Assembly: GCA_977862235.1 (NCBI GenBank)
Contig: OZ374557.1
Coordinates: 2,542,001 to 2,606,000, forward strand
Direction of reading: 5' to 3'
DNA: 64,000 bases
Source: Dudresnaya verticillata
Lineage: Eukaryota
The position numbers were made by a program, and so were the translations under genes. A model generated the notes under the pieces. The model was given only the letters and a program-made list of their open reading frames with translations. It had not been told where the DNA came from and did no database searches. Of this stretch, positions 33,701 through 44,582 are shown piece by piece. Positions within the stretch are counted from its first letter, which is position 1. Every line of letters begins with the position of its first letter.

Positions 33701-35365
33701 CGGTAAAGGGTACGCATCACTTAGCGTTTTCGTGTTGAGACGTCGATAGTCCACGCAAAACCTAAGTGTGCCGTCCTTCTTGGGCGCCAGGACTACTGGC
33801 GATGCCCATTCGGAGGTTGCGGGTTCGACAAACCCTGCACGAAGCATGTTATCCACCTCGTCCTGCACCAGCTTGCACATGGCAGGGCCCTGTCGGTAGG
33901 GCATGGAGCGGATGAGGCGAGTGCCCCGTTCCACGTCGATGTGGTGTCGGGTGGCGGCAATAGTGCCCAGCCTCCCGTTCCACATGGACTGATGCTTCCT
34001 GAGCATGGAGAGGACCTCCTTGCGGGTCACCTCGTCTTCGATAGACGAGAGATCGACCTGCGCCTCTCAGTCCTCGACGGACGGGTTGGCCTTCGCTGCG
34101 GCGGTAGCTGCGCCCTGCAGCGGCTGGGCGCCGGTGCCCCTCGCCGGCGGCGGCGAGGTGGATGGTTCCATGGCACCCTGATTGACCAGGGGCCTCTGCC
34201 CCCGTGGTGGTAGGGGTGATGTTCATCACCCGCCCAAACTCCTCCGCGACTTTGCGGTCTGGAGTTATCAGCGCCACCGGGTTCCTAACCGCGTAGCCGA
34301 CAACGGTGCCCTTAGGCAGGGTCTGAGGCTTGTCGGTGAAGTTCCCGACGATGACCCCGAAGGGTCGCATCGACTCGACGTCGTGCACCCCGTTGGTAAG
34401 TCTCACGCCGTGGCGGAACTGCAACGAGGGTTTGGGTTCGGTGTGGATCAGCCCACTTGCTCCTGAAGTCACGGAGACGAGCCTTTGAGAATAGGCTGGG
34501 AGCACCATCTGCCTAGAGAGGCGGATGGTGTGGGTGTCGTGATCCCAGTCGAGGAGCTCCCGCTGGTGCTTCCTCGACAAACCCGTCGACGGGTTCTTCG
34601 GCTTCGATGCCGGCTTGGGGTCCTCGGCAGGTCTACTGCGCTTGAGGAGGGGCACCGAGCCCCCGCGTCTGAGCGATAGGCGTTTCGATTCGACGTCGAT
34701 GCCTCGCACGTGCGCATTGAGGAACTGCGTTCCCACCAGGACGTCGACGGCCAAGGTGTCGGCCACTATGAATGGCACGCGGAACGTCGTGTTCCCCAAC
34801 CTCATCGAGAGGTGCGCTACCCCTGATAGGCTCAGTGGGGTCTTATCAGCCCCGGCGAGGCGAGGAGTCGACTCCATCGTCGCCGCGTGCTGATCCCATC
34901 CGGACGGCGGCGCCCGCTTCGCGATGAGGTTGTACCCGGAACTGGTGTCCACCGCAATGGTGTGGGGTATCATAACCCCTGGGCCAGCGCCTAGCGACCC
35001 AGACACGCGATATATCTCCGAGGACAAGAGGCACACATACCCGTCTGGGGTAGTGGCCGGCTCCGCGTCGACGCAGGGAGCCATGGGACCTTCGCGTCGA
35101 GCGGAGGGTGCCTCGGGATCCGTCGACGGACCCCTATGCGCTCGGCGTCGTGCCTGTCGCTTGCGTCGACGCCGCGGGGGCCAAGGTGGCCTGGAGCGCG
35201 TGGCTTTCGACGGCTCGTCGCAAAGGGGCCCCTCAGCGCTGCTTGGCGAGGGGGTCCTTCGTTGGTTGGGACTCGACGTCCTGCCTGCCGTCGACGGCTT
35301 GGCGGAGGATGGTGGGTCTGGGGTAGAGAGAGACGGTGCGCGCGACCGCACGAACGGCGTCGCCT
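30762..35365 (-). pseudogene. pol: Gypsy element 2 pol pseudogene (protease, RT, RNase H, integrase, chromodomain)
   Basis: IAVDTSSGYNLI (protease), EWASPVVLAPKKDGTLRFCVDYRRLN, YLDD, TDHDALRWL...RWRLRLAEFDF, H...H...CRHC, AIDILGPLP, GQAERYN, AIGPYRV, FVVDKVLDH...FQVKWTGY...WEP. Several stops and frameshifts. Confidence 0.95.
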
Positions 35366-37791
35366 TTACTCTTTTTCCGGTTCGACCCGGTCAAAATTAT
35401 TTTCGGAATCCGAGCTATCTTCCTCGGATCCCATTGGCTGGCTAGGGGCCGGGCCGGCACCTCGCGTCGATCGCGGCGGCGTGTCAAAGAGGAGCGGGGG
35501 CTGCTCAACCTGCCCCCGGGCGGACTCGCCCTTGATCTGCGCGTCGAGCGCTCGCGGGAGCCACTCGTCGGCTGCTAGCCCGGTGTGCTCCTGCACGGTC
35601 ATCACTGCCCGAAGCAGTTCGCGCTGCGGGTTGGGCCTCGAGGGCGTCGACACTCGAGGTTGGCGACCGGCTTGGTCTTCAAACCCAACCCGCTTGTCGC
35701 GAGTGAGGAACCGCGGGACATCTGCCCTTCGGTATTCGCGGCGCGGATCTCGATGATCCCCACGGTACTGTCGCGGCTCCCCGTGATACATTTGGGCGTC
35801 GAAGCGCTGCGGGGGACTCCTCGCGTCGAAGCGTCAGGCACCCACCCCGCTGCGCGTCGAAGCGTCTTGCGGGGTAACTTGCCTTGGCGCCTGCCGGCAT
35901 GCGCTCATCGATGAGCTGTTGCAAGTTGTTGCGCGCGTGCGGCTGCGTATCCAGTCTATGGATGCAGTTCGCATACGCGCAGTACAACTGCTGTTCCTTA
36001 GTCAGGAATGGGCACGAGTACATGATGTGCCCAAGTTCTCGGCAGAACCAGCAGATGTACCACCCTTTCGAGCAGGGGTGACAGCACGGGCCATTGCCTC
36101 TTGCGCCGGTGTGAGCGGAGGGATCCTCCTCGGCAGTGTCAACAGCGCGGCACGACCATGACGGGTTCGAAACCATCGTCATCGGGCGCCACCAACATCG
36201 TGCCGTCGAAGGCCGCTTCCCTATCGGGGGTGTGTGGCTCCTCGATAAGCAGTGTGCGGCCGCTTGGCGAACTGCTTCCCCTACCGCGCCCCGAAACGAT
36301 GGCCGGCGTTGACGCCTTGGCCATGCGGGCGCGGTAGGTTGTGCCCTCACTGTGGGCGATCCGACGAACAGTACTGAAGTTGGTCTGCTCGACCATCGGC
36401 ATCTGCCTTACCTTCTCCGCTACTACGGGTCGGGTGGTCGGAAGCAGACCACGCAGGAACTGGTGCGTCAGGTTCTCGTCGGAGTAGACGCCGGCACAGT
36501 CATCTGCGTAGCCCTCTAGACGAGAGGCGAACTCGAGTTCTGACTCGGCGTCCCGCTGCCGGGCGGTGGTCAGTCGGTCGTGCGCGTCGGCGATCACGTC
36601 GTCGGTGACGAACCTCTCGACGAGGGTATTGGCCACCGAGGCCCAGCACGGGAGGTGCCGCGGCTAGTCGTCCGGACCCCCGAGAAAAGGTGACACCTGA
36701 GATGCCGTTCCGTCTAGGAACCAGGACACCACTCGCGCCGCTGCGCCTTCCGACAGGCCGACGCCGTTGAAGGCTTGGCGTGGCTGTCTAAGCACGCCAA
36801 GCAAGCGGATGGGCTCCTTGCCGTCGTAGCGATCTAGCCGCGGCATGAGAGCCTTCATCCGGCTGACAACCTTGGCTGTGTTGCCATTGCAGACTTGCTG
36901 CTGATTGTCCCACTGTCTTATGTCGTCTAGACGATAGGAGCGGTAGTCGATCGCCTTTGCGAATTCGGGGACCAAGGTGCTCAGCGGCTCGACGCCCGGC
37001 ATCAATGGCCCCCAGTGCCAGTAGGCCGACACGGGACCTTCGTGTGGTGAGGGGCTAGACGCCCCTCCAACTCCGCGCTCATCGAGGGCGCGTTGCAGTA
37101 GCTTGGGGTCGACCCCGTAGAAGGGGTCGTCATCTCTTGTAGGGCGAGGGGACCCTTGCCCACTCCTAGGCGGAGAGGCCGGTGGAGAAAATGGGTTTCG
37201 CTGAGCACGACGCTCAGCGAGGAGGGCTTTGGCCAGTTCGCGAACCGGATCCGCTTGAGACGGCGATCGTGGAGGACGGCTCCGCACCGGAGACGGGCTA
37301 GGCGCCCGTCGGTTATATCGCGCCGGTGCGTGCTCAATCAACTCAACGCGTTGGCGTAGCTCGTCGAGGAGCCCTTGAGTTCGGGTTAATCCTTCCTCGA
37401 CGGAGGCGAGAGTTCCGCGTCGAAGCGACTCCAGGTCACGTTGACCTTGTGCCAGCGCGTCTGCGACTGAGGCCATGAAGGTGTCCTACACTTCCGAAAG
37501 TGAGTCCATCGTCGCCTCGTAGAGTAGTTGGAGGTCGGTGACAGAGACCGTTTTCCCTCCTAGGGCCTTGGCTATAGCCGCCCTGCGCTCGATGCGCGGT
37601 TCCTCTAGGGGAGCTCCTGAGACGCCGACGTTACTCAGCAAGGAAGTGCGTCGACCGCCAACTTCACCTGCCGCGACGTCTGCCGAACCGGCAGCGGCCG
37701 AAGTAGGTAGCGGTGGCATTCTTGGCCTTGCGTCGACGCGAGAGGTGATAGGGTCTTCTGCGACTTCTAGGTCGGGAGACCAGTGTGACAT
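35366..37791 (-). pseudogene. gag: Gypsy element 2 gag pseudogene
   Basis: ORF pieces 37486-37791, 36664-37476, 36139-36636, 35679-36350 and 35366-35791. RYDGKEPI, ARQRDAESELEFASRL...FLRGL (retrotransposon gag core) and a CCHC knuckle CWFCRELGHIMYSC. Confidence 0.88.
37761..37782 (-). other. Primer-binding site (TGGTCTCCCGACCTAGAAGTCG), probably for tRNA-Tyr
   Basis: 1 nt after the 5' LTR. Its complement ends ...UCGGGAG-A-CCA; C1-G72 with A73 is the eukaryotic tRNA-Tyr identity set. Confidence 0.75.
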
Positions 37792-38723
37792 AGACGTCAG
37801 GTCAAACTGACGTCTAGCTGCGCTGGTCGATCAGTCGCACCCAGACCCGTCGAAGGGTGGTAGCTGTGGTGGTAGAGCTGCGGTGTCGGCCGCACGCGCC
37901 GTCGACGGTCGCGGGTCAACGGCGTCGAAGCCTGAGCGCGCACGGGGCGTACCGTACGCGGGCGGCAGCGGCCGGATCCCTGCGTCCCCGTCGTGGGGCG
38001 GCACGAAGCCGACGGTAGGAAAAGGAACAGGAAATCCTAGAAGATTAGGGAAAGAGGGAAGCCGTAGGGCGAAGGACTGGGAAAGAAACCCAAAGCAGAA
38101 AGGGCAAGCATGGCTTATGCTGGCTTCCCTGGTTTACTGAAGCCCGGAAGGGCGACTACTAGATATACTATAGGGCCTGCGGCGGCACCAACCCGGGAGG
38201 TGCGCCGGTGTGCCCCAACACGCGTCGACGCGTACGGGTAACGGTAACCCGGGGGCGCGCGTGGGGGAAACGGTCCACACGTACTCAACGGCTCGACGCC
38301 GGAGTGCGCGCGCGCGTGTCACGCATTCAACGGCTCTGCGCCGGAGTGCGTGAGCGCAGCGCGCAGGACAGCAGGGCGTTCGACCGCCGCTTACACTAGA
38401 CGATGCTGTACACTTGAAAACAATAAACGTAGAACTTACATGGGAGTTTCAGTGTCACACACGTGCGCGTGCACACGCGGGCGCCACTGCGCACTTCCTT
38501 ACAGTTCAGGGGGGCTTCGGCGCCACCGGCTGACAGTGTGCGCACAGCAGTGCGTACGTGGCGCAGCTGGTCTTACAGCTGCGCGCGCCACTGCGCACTT
38601 CCTTACAGTTCAGCGGGACTTCGGCGCCACCGGCTGACAGCGTGCGCACAGCAGTGCACACGTGGCGCAGCTGGTCTTATGGCTGCGCGTGCGTGGCACA
38701 GCTGGTCTTACAGCTATGCCACA
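37784..38723 (-). repeat. 5' LTR of gypsy element 2 (940 bp; two 104-bp units)
   Basis: Direct repeat of 25124-26166 lacking one tandem unit. Abuts the PBS. Confidence 0.95.
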
Positions 38724-38739
38724 ACGAGTAGAAAGTAAC

Positions 38740-41087
38740 TTTACCTGCTTGTTTGACTAAACGCTTACGATGGGCCAGGTGTACCTCTCCGACTTCTTCT
38801 TCTACCTCTCTACCCCTCAGTGTCAGATCTAATGCGCTGCTGGTTATGACCATTTTCTGAGAAGTCAATGTAGTACGTTCTGACCTTTGAAGTTAAGCCG
38901 CTCTCGCCGTTTTGGTCAACCGCATGTGCAACCAATGCACTTGAAATTCTGATCTGGAAGAGACAAGCGTTCTTAACGCAAGCAAAGTTCGAGCGGCGCA
39001 GAGCACCCCGTCCGCCATCCCTACCCCTAGTGTAGTCAGATCGTTGGACCACACAATCTAGACCAAAACGTTCGCAGATAACCAGGATTCCCTGCATCAC
39101 ATCCCGCCCGGAAGTCTCTGCGTCGAGATGTTCGACATATGCATTTCACGTCATCTTCAAATCAACAGTTGATGATTCAGAAGGGGTTACATCAATGCTT
39201 TCAGTTTGTTCCTGCCGAACATCCATTGTAACCCCAGCGCGCATGTCCAGCACCGAATAGTTTTCACAGAGATCAATGATATCACTGTCACTGTCAAGGA
39301 CTGTTTCTCCGCGGTGATCAGGTATATGTGGTTCAGCTACAGGTAATGTAGGCATGCCACTGGTTTGTGCTGCCTGGTTCGTCGAGTTACATGGGACGAG
39401 CGATCGTATGTTTCGTTCATGAACAGTTGCAACCGGGTGTGAGCCGCAAGTGGAGCCGTCTAGGCAAGCGCTACTGGAAGTTGGTGTCAGGCCAGTATGG
39501 CCAGCTCGAATTGGTCTGAAATCGAGATCGACAGGATGTGGGGACTCTGACATCCTCGGTTCCAGAAATGACGCGAGCTGGCAATCTCTGTAATACTCGT
39601 CCATCTTTTTGTCGAATGTGTATCTAGGATGGTTCGGTTCCGAAGGATGCTTGTGGGAGCAATGGATATCCTCAGACGCTGCCCATACATTCCACCCTTT
39701 TCCGTCAATCCTGCGGTGACATACAAATGAAACCTTACAACATTCTCTGTTTTGAAGAGGTGCTCCCTGGCGGATGCAACGCAAACGAGCCTTTGCGTCA
39801 TGTTTATCGTCATCCGGTATCTTTCTTATGTAGTTCTTTGTAAAATAGTATCCAGCCCGGGTAAACGAAGCCGCATATTCAGCACAGTTCCCAGTCGTAG
39901 TAACAAAGAATCGCTCCGTGCTTGCACCGGTGACACGGGGGGTACAACGTGATGGGGCGGGGTGTTTGGTGGTGATGGGGAGCGTGGGATTTCCGCAACG
40001 CTGCTGCTGCTGCTGGCAGATGTGTCAATTGATCTTTAAAGGATTTCCTGTCGGGGCGTTCAGCTTGTCTGTGCTGTATTTCCTCTTTTGAGCATGAAAG
40101 CTATCTCAAAATGCTGTACATATACTCGTTTTCATCATCATCGCTTGAGAATACGTCCATACCACTGTCTTTCAGACGAGCTCGCGACGTCGCAGCCTGC
40201 TGCGACGTCGCGTGTTCTGTGCACATGCGCTCGACCGGTTTCAAGTCGCGCGCCACACCACGAGGTTTGCCGTATTCTCTGGTATTGAGCAAACGATCGC
40301 CAGGGGCATATTTCAACCCAAGCACTTCAAGGGAAGGCAATTTACCGATATGGGGCTGGTCCTCACCCTGTGCATGAAATAAACGAAGGGGACGAAGCCT
40401 TGTGGCGTCATCCGACGTGTGCTCTTTTCGGAATCTGAGCCATTAATTGAAATCGGCCGATGAACCGGCTCGAAAGTCGGCCTGTTTGGGTACCTCCATT
40501 TCTCACGTAGTGCATCTTGCATTTTCACTTCATATCGCCTCTTGACGGCAATTCCTGAGACGTTCCTAGCTATTTGAGTACATGGCGAGTACAGCTGCAC
40601 AATAAACGAAGGCAGCTCTTGCGCAAAGCGATTGTTGATGCCTTGTTATAGTGAGGAATGTTATTTTGTTATTTTTTATAGGATTGTTATAGTCAGGACT
40701 GCAAGAAACCGGAGCACTTACATATCTGATGTAGGAATCTTTGAGAACATAGGTAGTATCTTTTGCTCTTCGCTCGGCCTCGCAAACAAGCTCAGCACCA
40801 AACCGCATAGATGCCACGGAATTAGATGGATCAAGTCTCAGATCACATACGGCAATCTCCAGCATAAATGATGTCATCCACGATGTACTTTCGACGTGGT
40901 TTACCCACAATGTGTTGTTCCCCGCGGTTGACCTCCGCGTTGCGGTAATAGTAGCGTAGAACTCACCGAAAAGACGCTCATTAGTCTCGTCGAGAATGCA
41001 ATCTGCCTCCCGTAGACACTGCAGGAATTCCAGTTTGCAATGTTGAGCAGATTGCCATTCGTGGATAGTGGTTGTCGGAGGGGCCAT
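38740..41087 (-). pseudogene. MULE cargo ORF2: disrupted protein with two FAR1/WRKY-GCM1-like zinc-finger domains and no visible DDE core
   Basis: ATG at 41087. ORF pieces 40566-41087, 40313-40600, 40101-40340, 39146-39784 and 38810-39100. Motifs YAASFTRAGYYF...LRCIRQG...CKVSFVC...GWNV...HKH and CERFGLDCVVQRS...FACVKNACLFQIRI...YYI...GHN. Confidence 0.55.
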
Positions 41088-41528
41088 TTGCTGCTAGGCG
41101 AGCGAGACCAACAGTAGAAGATAACGACGCTGGCAGAGAGTCGCGCAGCGTTGTTGGGGATGTGCGCGTAGTGCGGAGGGGGCAGGTGGGGGCTGCGGGG
41201 GCGCCAGACGACGGTGAGCCGCGCGCGATCGCGAGGGTGGCAGGTGGGTGGGTGGGTGGGTGGGTGGGACATGTGTGCCCGCGGTCAGTTTGTATTTTGA
41301 ATTGTGTCACGGGTAGTGACCCAATGTGACCAGAGAAGCGCTCTGACTAATCGCTACCCGACAAGTACTAAATCCGTGAGTACGGAGTTAAGCCATTGGC
41401 CACCAACTGACCAATGAGGGCGTGAGTATGCACCCCGTGGCCCGATATATTCGTGAGTACGGAACACGCTCATTGGCTCACCCGACACCCACCGCACCCT
41501 GGGTGTATTAGTCCGCGGCCGAAGACAT

Positions 41529-41580
41529 TGGACAAAAGGTTTTTGCAATGGACAAAAGGTTTTTGCCATAGACAAAAGGG
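41529..41580. repeat. 20-bp tandem repeat (TGGACAAAAGGTTTTTGC(A/C)A, ~2.5 copies)
   Basis: Directly visible, starting at the last base of the right MULE TSD. Confidence 0.85.
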
Positions 41581-42809
41581 GGCGCCCCTCGGTGCCACTC
41601 GGGCGGCGCTAGTCACTGCACCCGCTGCTAGCGAGCGACGCACTTACAGTTATGGCTGTGGGCCTTTTGGGGGGCGGGCCGTCCTGCCACTTGCCCACCC
41701 CGTCCGCCCCGGCACCCCGCAGTGGTCCTTTTCCCATCTGGGCCGCACCGCCCCGGGGCCGCGTCATCGGCCCTGGACAGGTGTCTCACTGGCCAGCCGC
41801 CCGCGGTGGCTGCTGGGATACCTGGCGCCTCGCTCGCCGCAGCGACTGGGGATACTAGTTATGTCATTGCTGGGAGAGAGCTGGAGCGCCACCTGGCAGG
41901 CGTTCATTGTAAGCGCCATATCAGTCGGGCGAAGCAGGACACCCTGCCCTCACCCTCTCAGCAGTCGGGGTCACCCTGCCTCCACTCCTCCCCCGCCACC
42001 CCGTGCACCCTTGTCCCCTGTGGTGAAGTGGCCGTTTCGGAGTGCGGACGATGGGCGAGCCGACGCGCGACCATCGATAACTCGCACTCTGCTAAGCGCG
42101 CGCCAAAAGCCGAAGCGGGAGTGCAGCGACACAGTAGCACTGTATGCCCTGCTGGCGTCTGCGCGCACCACCAATAGGAGCCAAGTAGTTGATCTATTTG
42201 TAATTAGGTAATTGAAATGATGCTGTACAGTACGTAGTGTCAGCCGGCCAATGAGAATACCGAGCATGTCCGCAACGGTGACCGGGACCAGTAGGGCCGG
42301 ATCCACCTGGTGGACCAGACCCATTGGGGTTCAGCCCACTCGGGCCGGACCGCGGGGCGTATCTTCCAGTATATTAATGGGTGGCCATCCCGAGTCCTAC
42401 AGTAAACGGGCACGCAACACTGGACAATCTGACTTACCCTAAGCCTTACCCTCATACTCCTTCACGGCTTCCCCTCCCCAGCCCCGTGCACGCATTCCTC
42501 GTACCTCCGTCCCGATGTAGCTCCCCTGGCACTGTACCTTCCCCCTTGTCTCTTACGTCCCTTTACTCCTTACAAGTGTTGCCGCTCGAGGTACTCCCTT
42601 CGGTCTACGAACTAAGCTCTACGACCCCGGTGCCGTGTGAGATCGCTCCTTATTGGGATTGCCTGATCAGCGCTCCTTATAGGTGTGCCTTTCACTACAC
42701 CACACCCCCTACCCCCTTGAGCACCCCTTACCCGGCAGCACCCTCACCCCGACCCGCCACACCTCCGGTCGTACTACCTTATGCTTCAGCGCTCCAAAGT
42801 GCGGGCGCC

Positions 42810-43583
42810 TGTAGTATAGCTGTCAGCACACTATCAGCAGCGCCTGTAAGGTATGCTGGCAGCCCTGCACTGTAATGGTGCACACGATGACGCCCGCTGG
42901 CGAGTCGTGGTTGGGCAGCGTGCCCTTAGTTTTTTCGTTGATTTCGTAGCGGCCGACCGCATTGCTGCCGGCAGCGGCCGGGCGCCGTGCTGCACATGGC
43001 GCGCCCCAGTGACGCTCTCCGGCATCGACCCGTTGAGAGGGCCACTGCCCGTTACGCCCCGCGCGCGCCTACGGGTAACCGTTACCCGGACGTGTCGACA
43101 CGTGTATGGGCGCGCGCTCGCACACCTCCCGCGTTGGTGTTGTGGGGAGCACCTACTGTAGAGTAGTCGTAGTGCGCATAGTGTAGGGTATTTAAGACCG
43201 TCGGCCATCGACGGCTCAGTAAATCAGGCAAGCAACAGCTCGCGCTGAAGCTTGCCCCCAGCCTTTTCGGGTTCGATCCCTTTGCCTTACTCCAGCGGGC
43301 GGTTTCCCTTTTTCCCCTTGCCTCGCTAGGCTTTTCCCCTTTCCTTTTCCTTTCCATCGGCTTCGTGCCGCCCTTCGACAGGGACGCTTGGATCCGGCCG
43401 CTGCCTACCCGCGTACAGTACGCCCCGTGCGCGCTCCAGCATCGACGCCGTCGATCCGCACCTGCGGGGTGCACGCGGCCAACACCGCTCTACCAACCCC
43501 AACAGCTACCCATCGACGGGTCTGTGTGGCGGCTTCGGACCAGCAAGTATTAGACATCGGATCGACCCGACGTACGTACCGCA
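42810..43583 (+). repeat. Solo LTR (774 bp), family S, copy 2
   Basis: Starts TGTAGTATAGCTGTCAGCA and ends ...GTACCGCA. Perfect TSD GCGCC at 42805-42809 and 43584-43588. Confidence 0.93.
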
Positions 43584-44582
43584 GCGCCCGAGCGCGCGAT
43601 GCCCTTCTGAGCAAAACCTGATTATTTACCTTGAAAGCACCGGACATACTTCAGAAATAGTACCCTTGCACCTATCTAACACATGTGCTGAACTATACGA
43701 CGCTCTGACCTAACGAGCAACATTCTTAGTACATGTTCGCGGCCTACAACATCTCTGTAATATTCACTACACTGCTACAAGCAAAGCTTTGGCTGGGCGC
43801 TACTGACAAGTTGGGAAACAGAACAAAGGCAATTGTTTTAACTCGTTGACGGTAGAAAGTCTCTACTAAGCGTTTTGTAACGAGCATTCAGGTACACTAC
43901 GAAGGCGATTTCGGAAAAATACTTTTTCCATACGGATATTCATGATCTTTTATGCCTCACGTTTGGCCCGGGCGAGTAATGAATATCAACATTTCAAATA
44001 AAGGTTCAGCGCATTGATTTCCCATGGCGCACGAATCCAGCGGAATGATTCGTGAATCACATTTCCGCTCTTTTTTATGGCGCTTGAGGCCCCTGCAGCA
44101 TCAAAAGTCATACGGTATTCCGTTTCCGTAATACATCACTTCCGACCGGTGTGATGTGGCAAATCGAAAATCTATTCACGCACTACTATGATTCTAAAAC
44201 CGCAAAAGTAATGCTCACAGCATTAACGCGGTAATGCTGCGGTTCCATTTACGAGTCTACTATCGCTATGCATGCGGCCGCATGGATTTTCTCGCTTTAA
44301 TTCATGGAAACTGCTGCGTCACATGCGCCGCCCCAGCCAGGCCTGCCTGCCGCATGTTGGTAGTCCTACGTCTACACTACATAATAGCTCCCTTCTTAAC
44401 TTCCTCGCTCAGAAGCGCCGTGAACTCTTTGCAAAGTAGGTCTCCTTCACACTGAAAGCAAGGTACAGATACCTCAAGAACCCCATCGCCTTGCGAGCCT
44501 TTTGCAAGGTTGGTCGGCCATACGAGAGGACGAACAGCCTGTGCTGGACGCCACGCTACGTAAAACCCTCGGAGATTCTGTC

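Larger units (their letters stand above)
25124..38723 (-). mobile_element. Full-length Ty3/gypsy chromovirus-type retrotransposon 2 (13.6 kb), nested in the MULE
   Basis: Direct LTRs 25124-26166 and 37784-38723 with TG...CA ends. Flanks AAGAG and ACGAG form a 5-bp TSD with one mismatch. PBS at 37761-37782, PPT at 26167-26180, and gag-PR-RT-RH-INT-chromo order on the minus strand. Confidence 0.95.
21895..41520. mobile_element. Mutator-like (MULE) DNA transposon, copy B; ~6.0-kb core plus a nested 13.6-kb gypsy; apparently non-autonomous
   Basis: Perfect 9-bp TSD GAAGACATT at 21886-21894 and 41521-41529. Imperfect ~150-bp TIRs: left GGCCCTGGACCGCCACACCCACGGTGCGGTGGGTGT, right (reverse complement) GGCCGCGGACTAATACACCCAGGGTGCGGTGGGTGT, each with three C(G/A)TACTCACG motifs. 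A 9-bp TSD with long TIRs is typical of MULEs. Confidence 0.88.

Noticed and set aside
44040..44290. Cluster of short inverted repeats including the palindrome CATGCGGCCGCATG (44271-44284)
   Set aside because: Stems are short, show no strand bias, and have no TSD or partner terminus. Could be chance or an eroded TE end.
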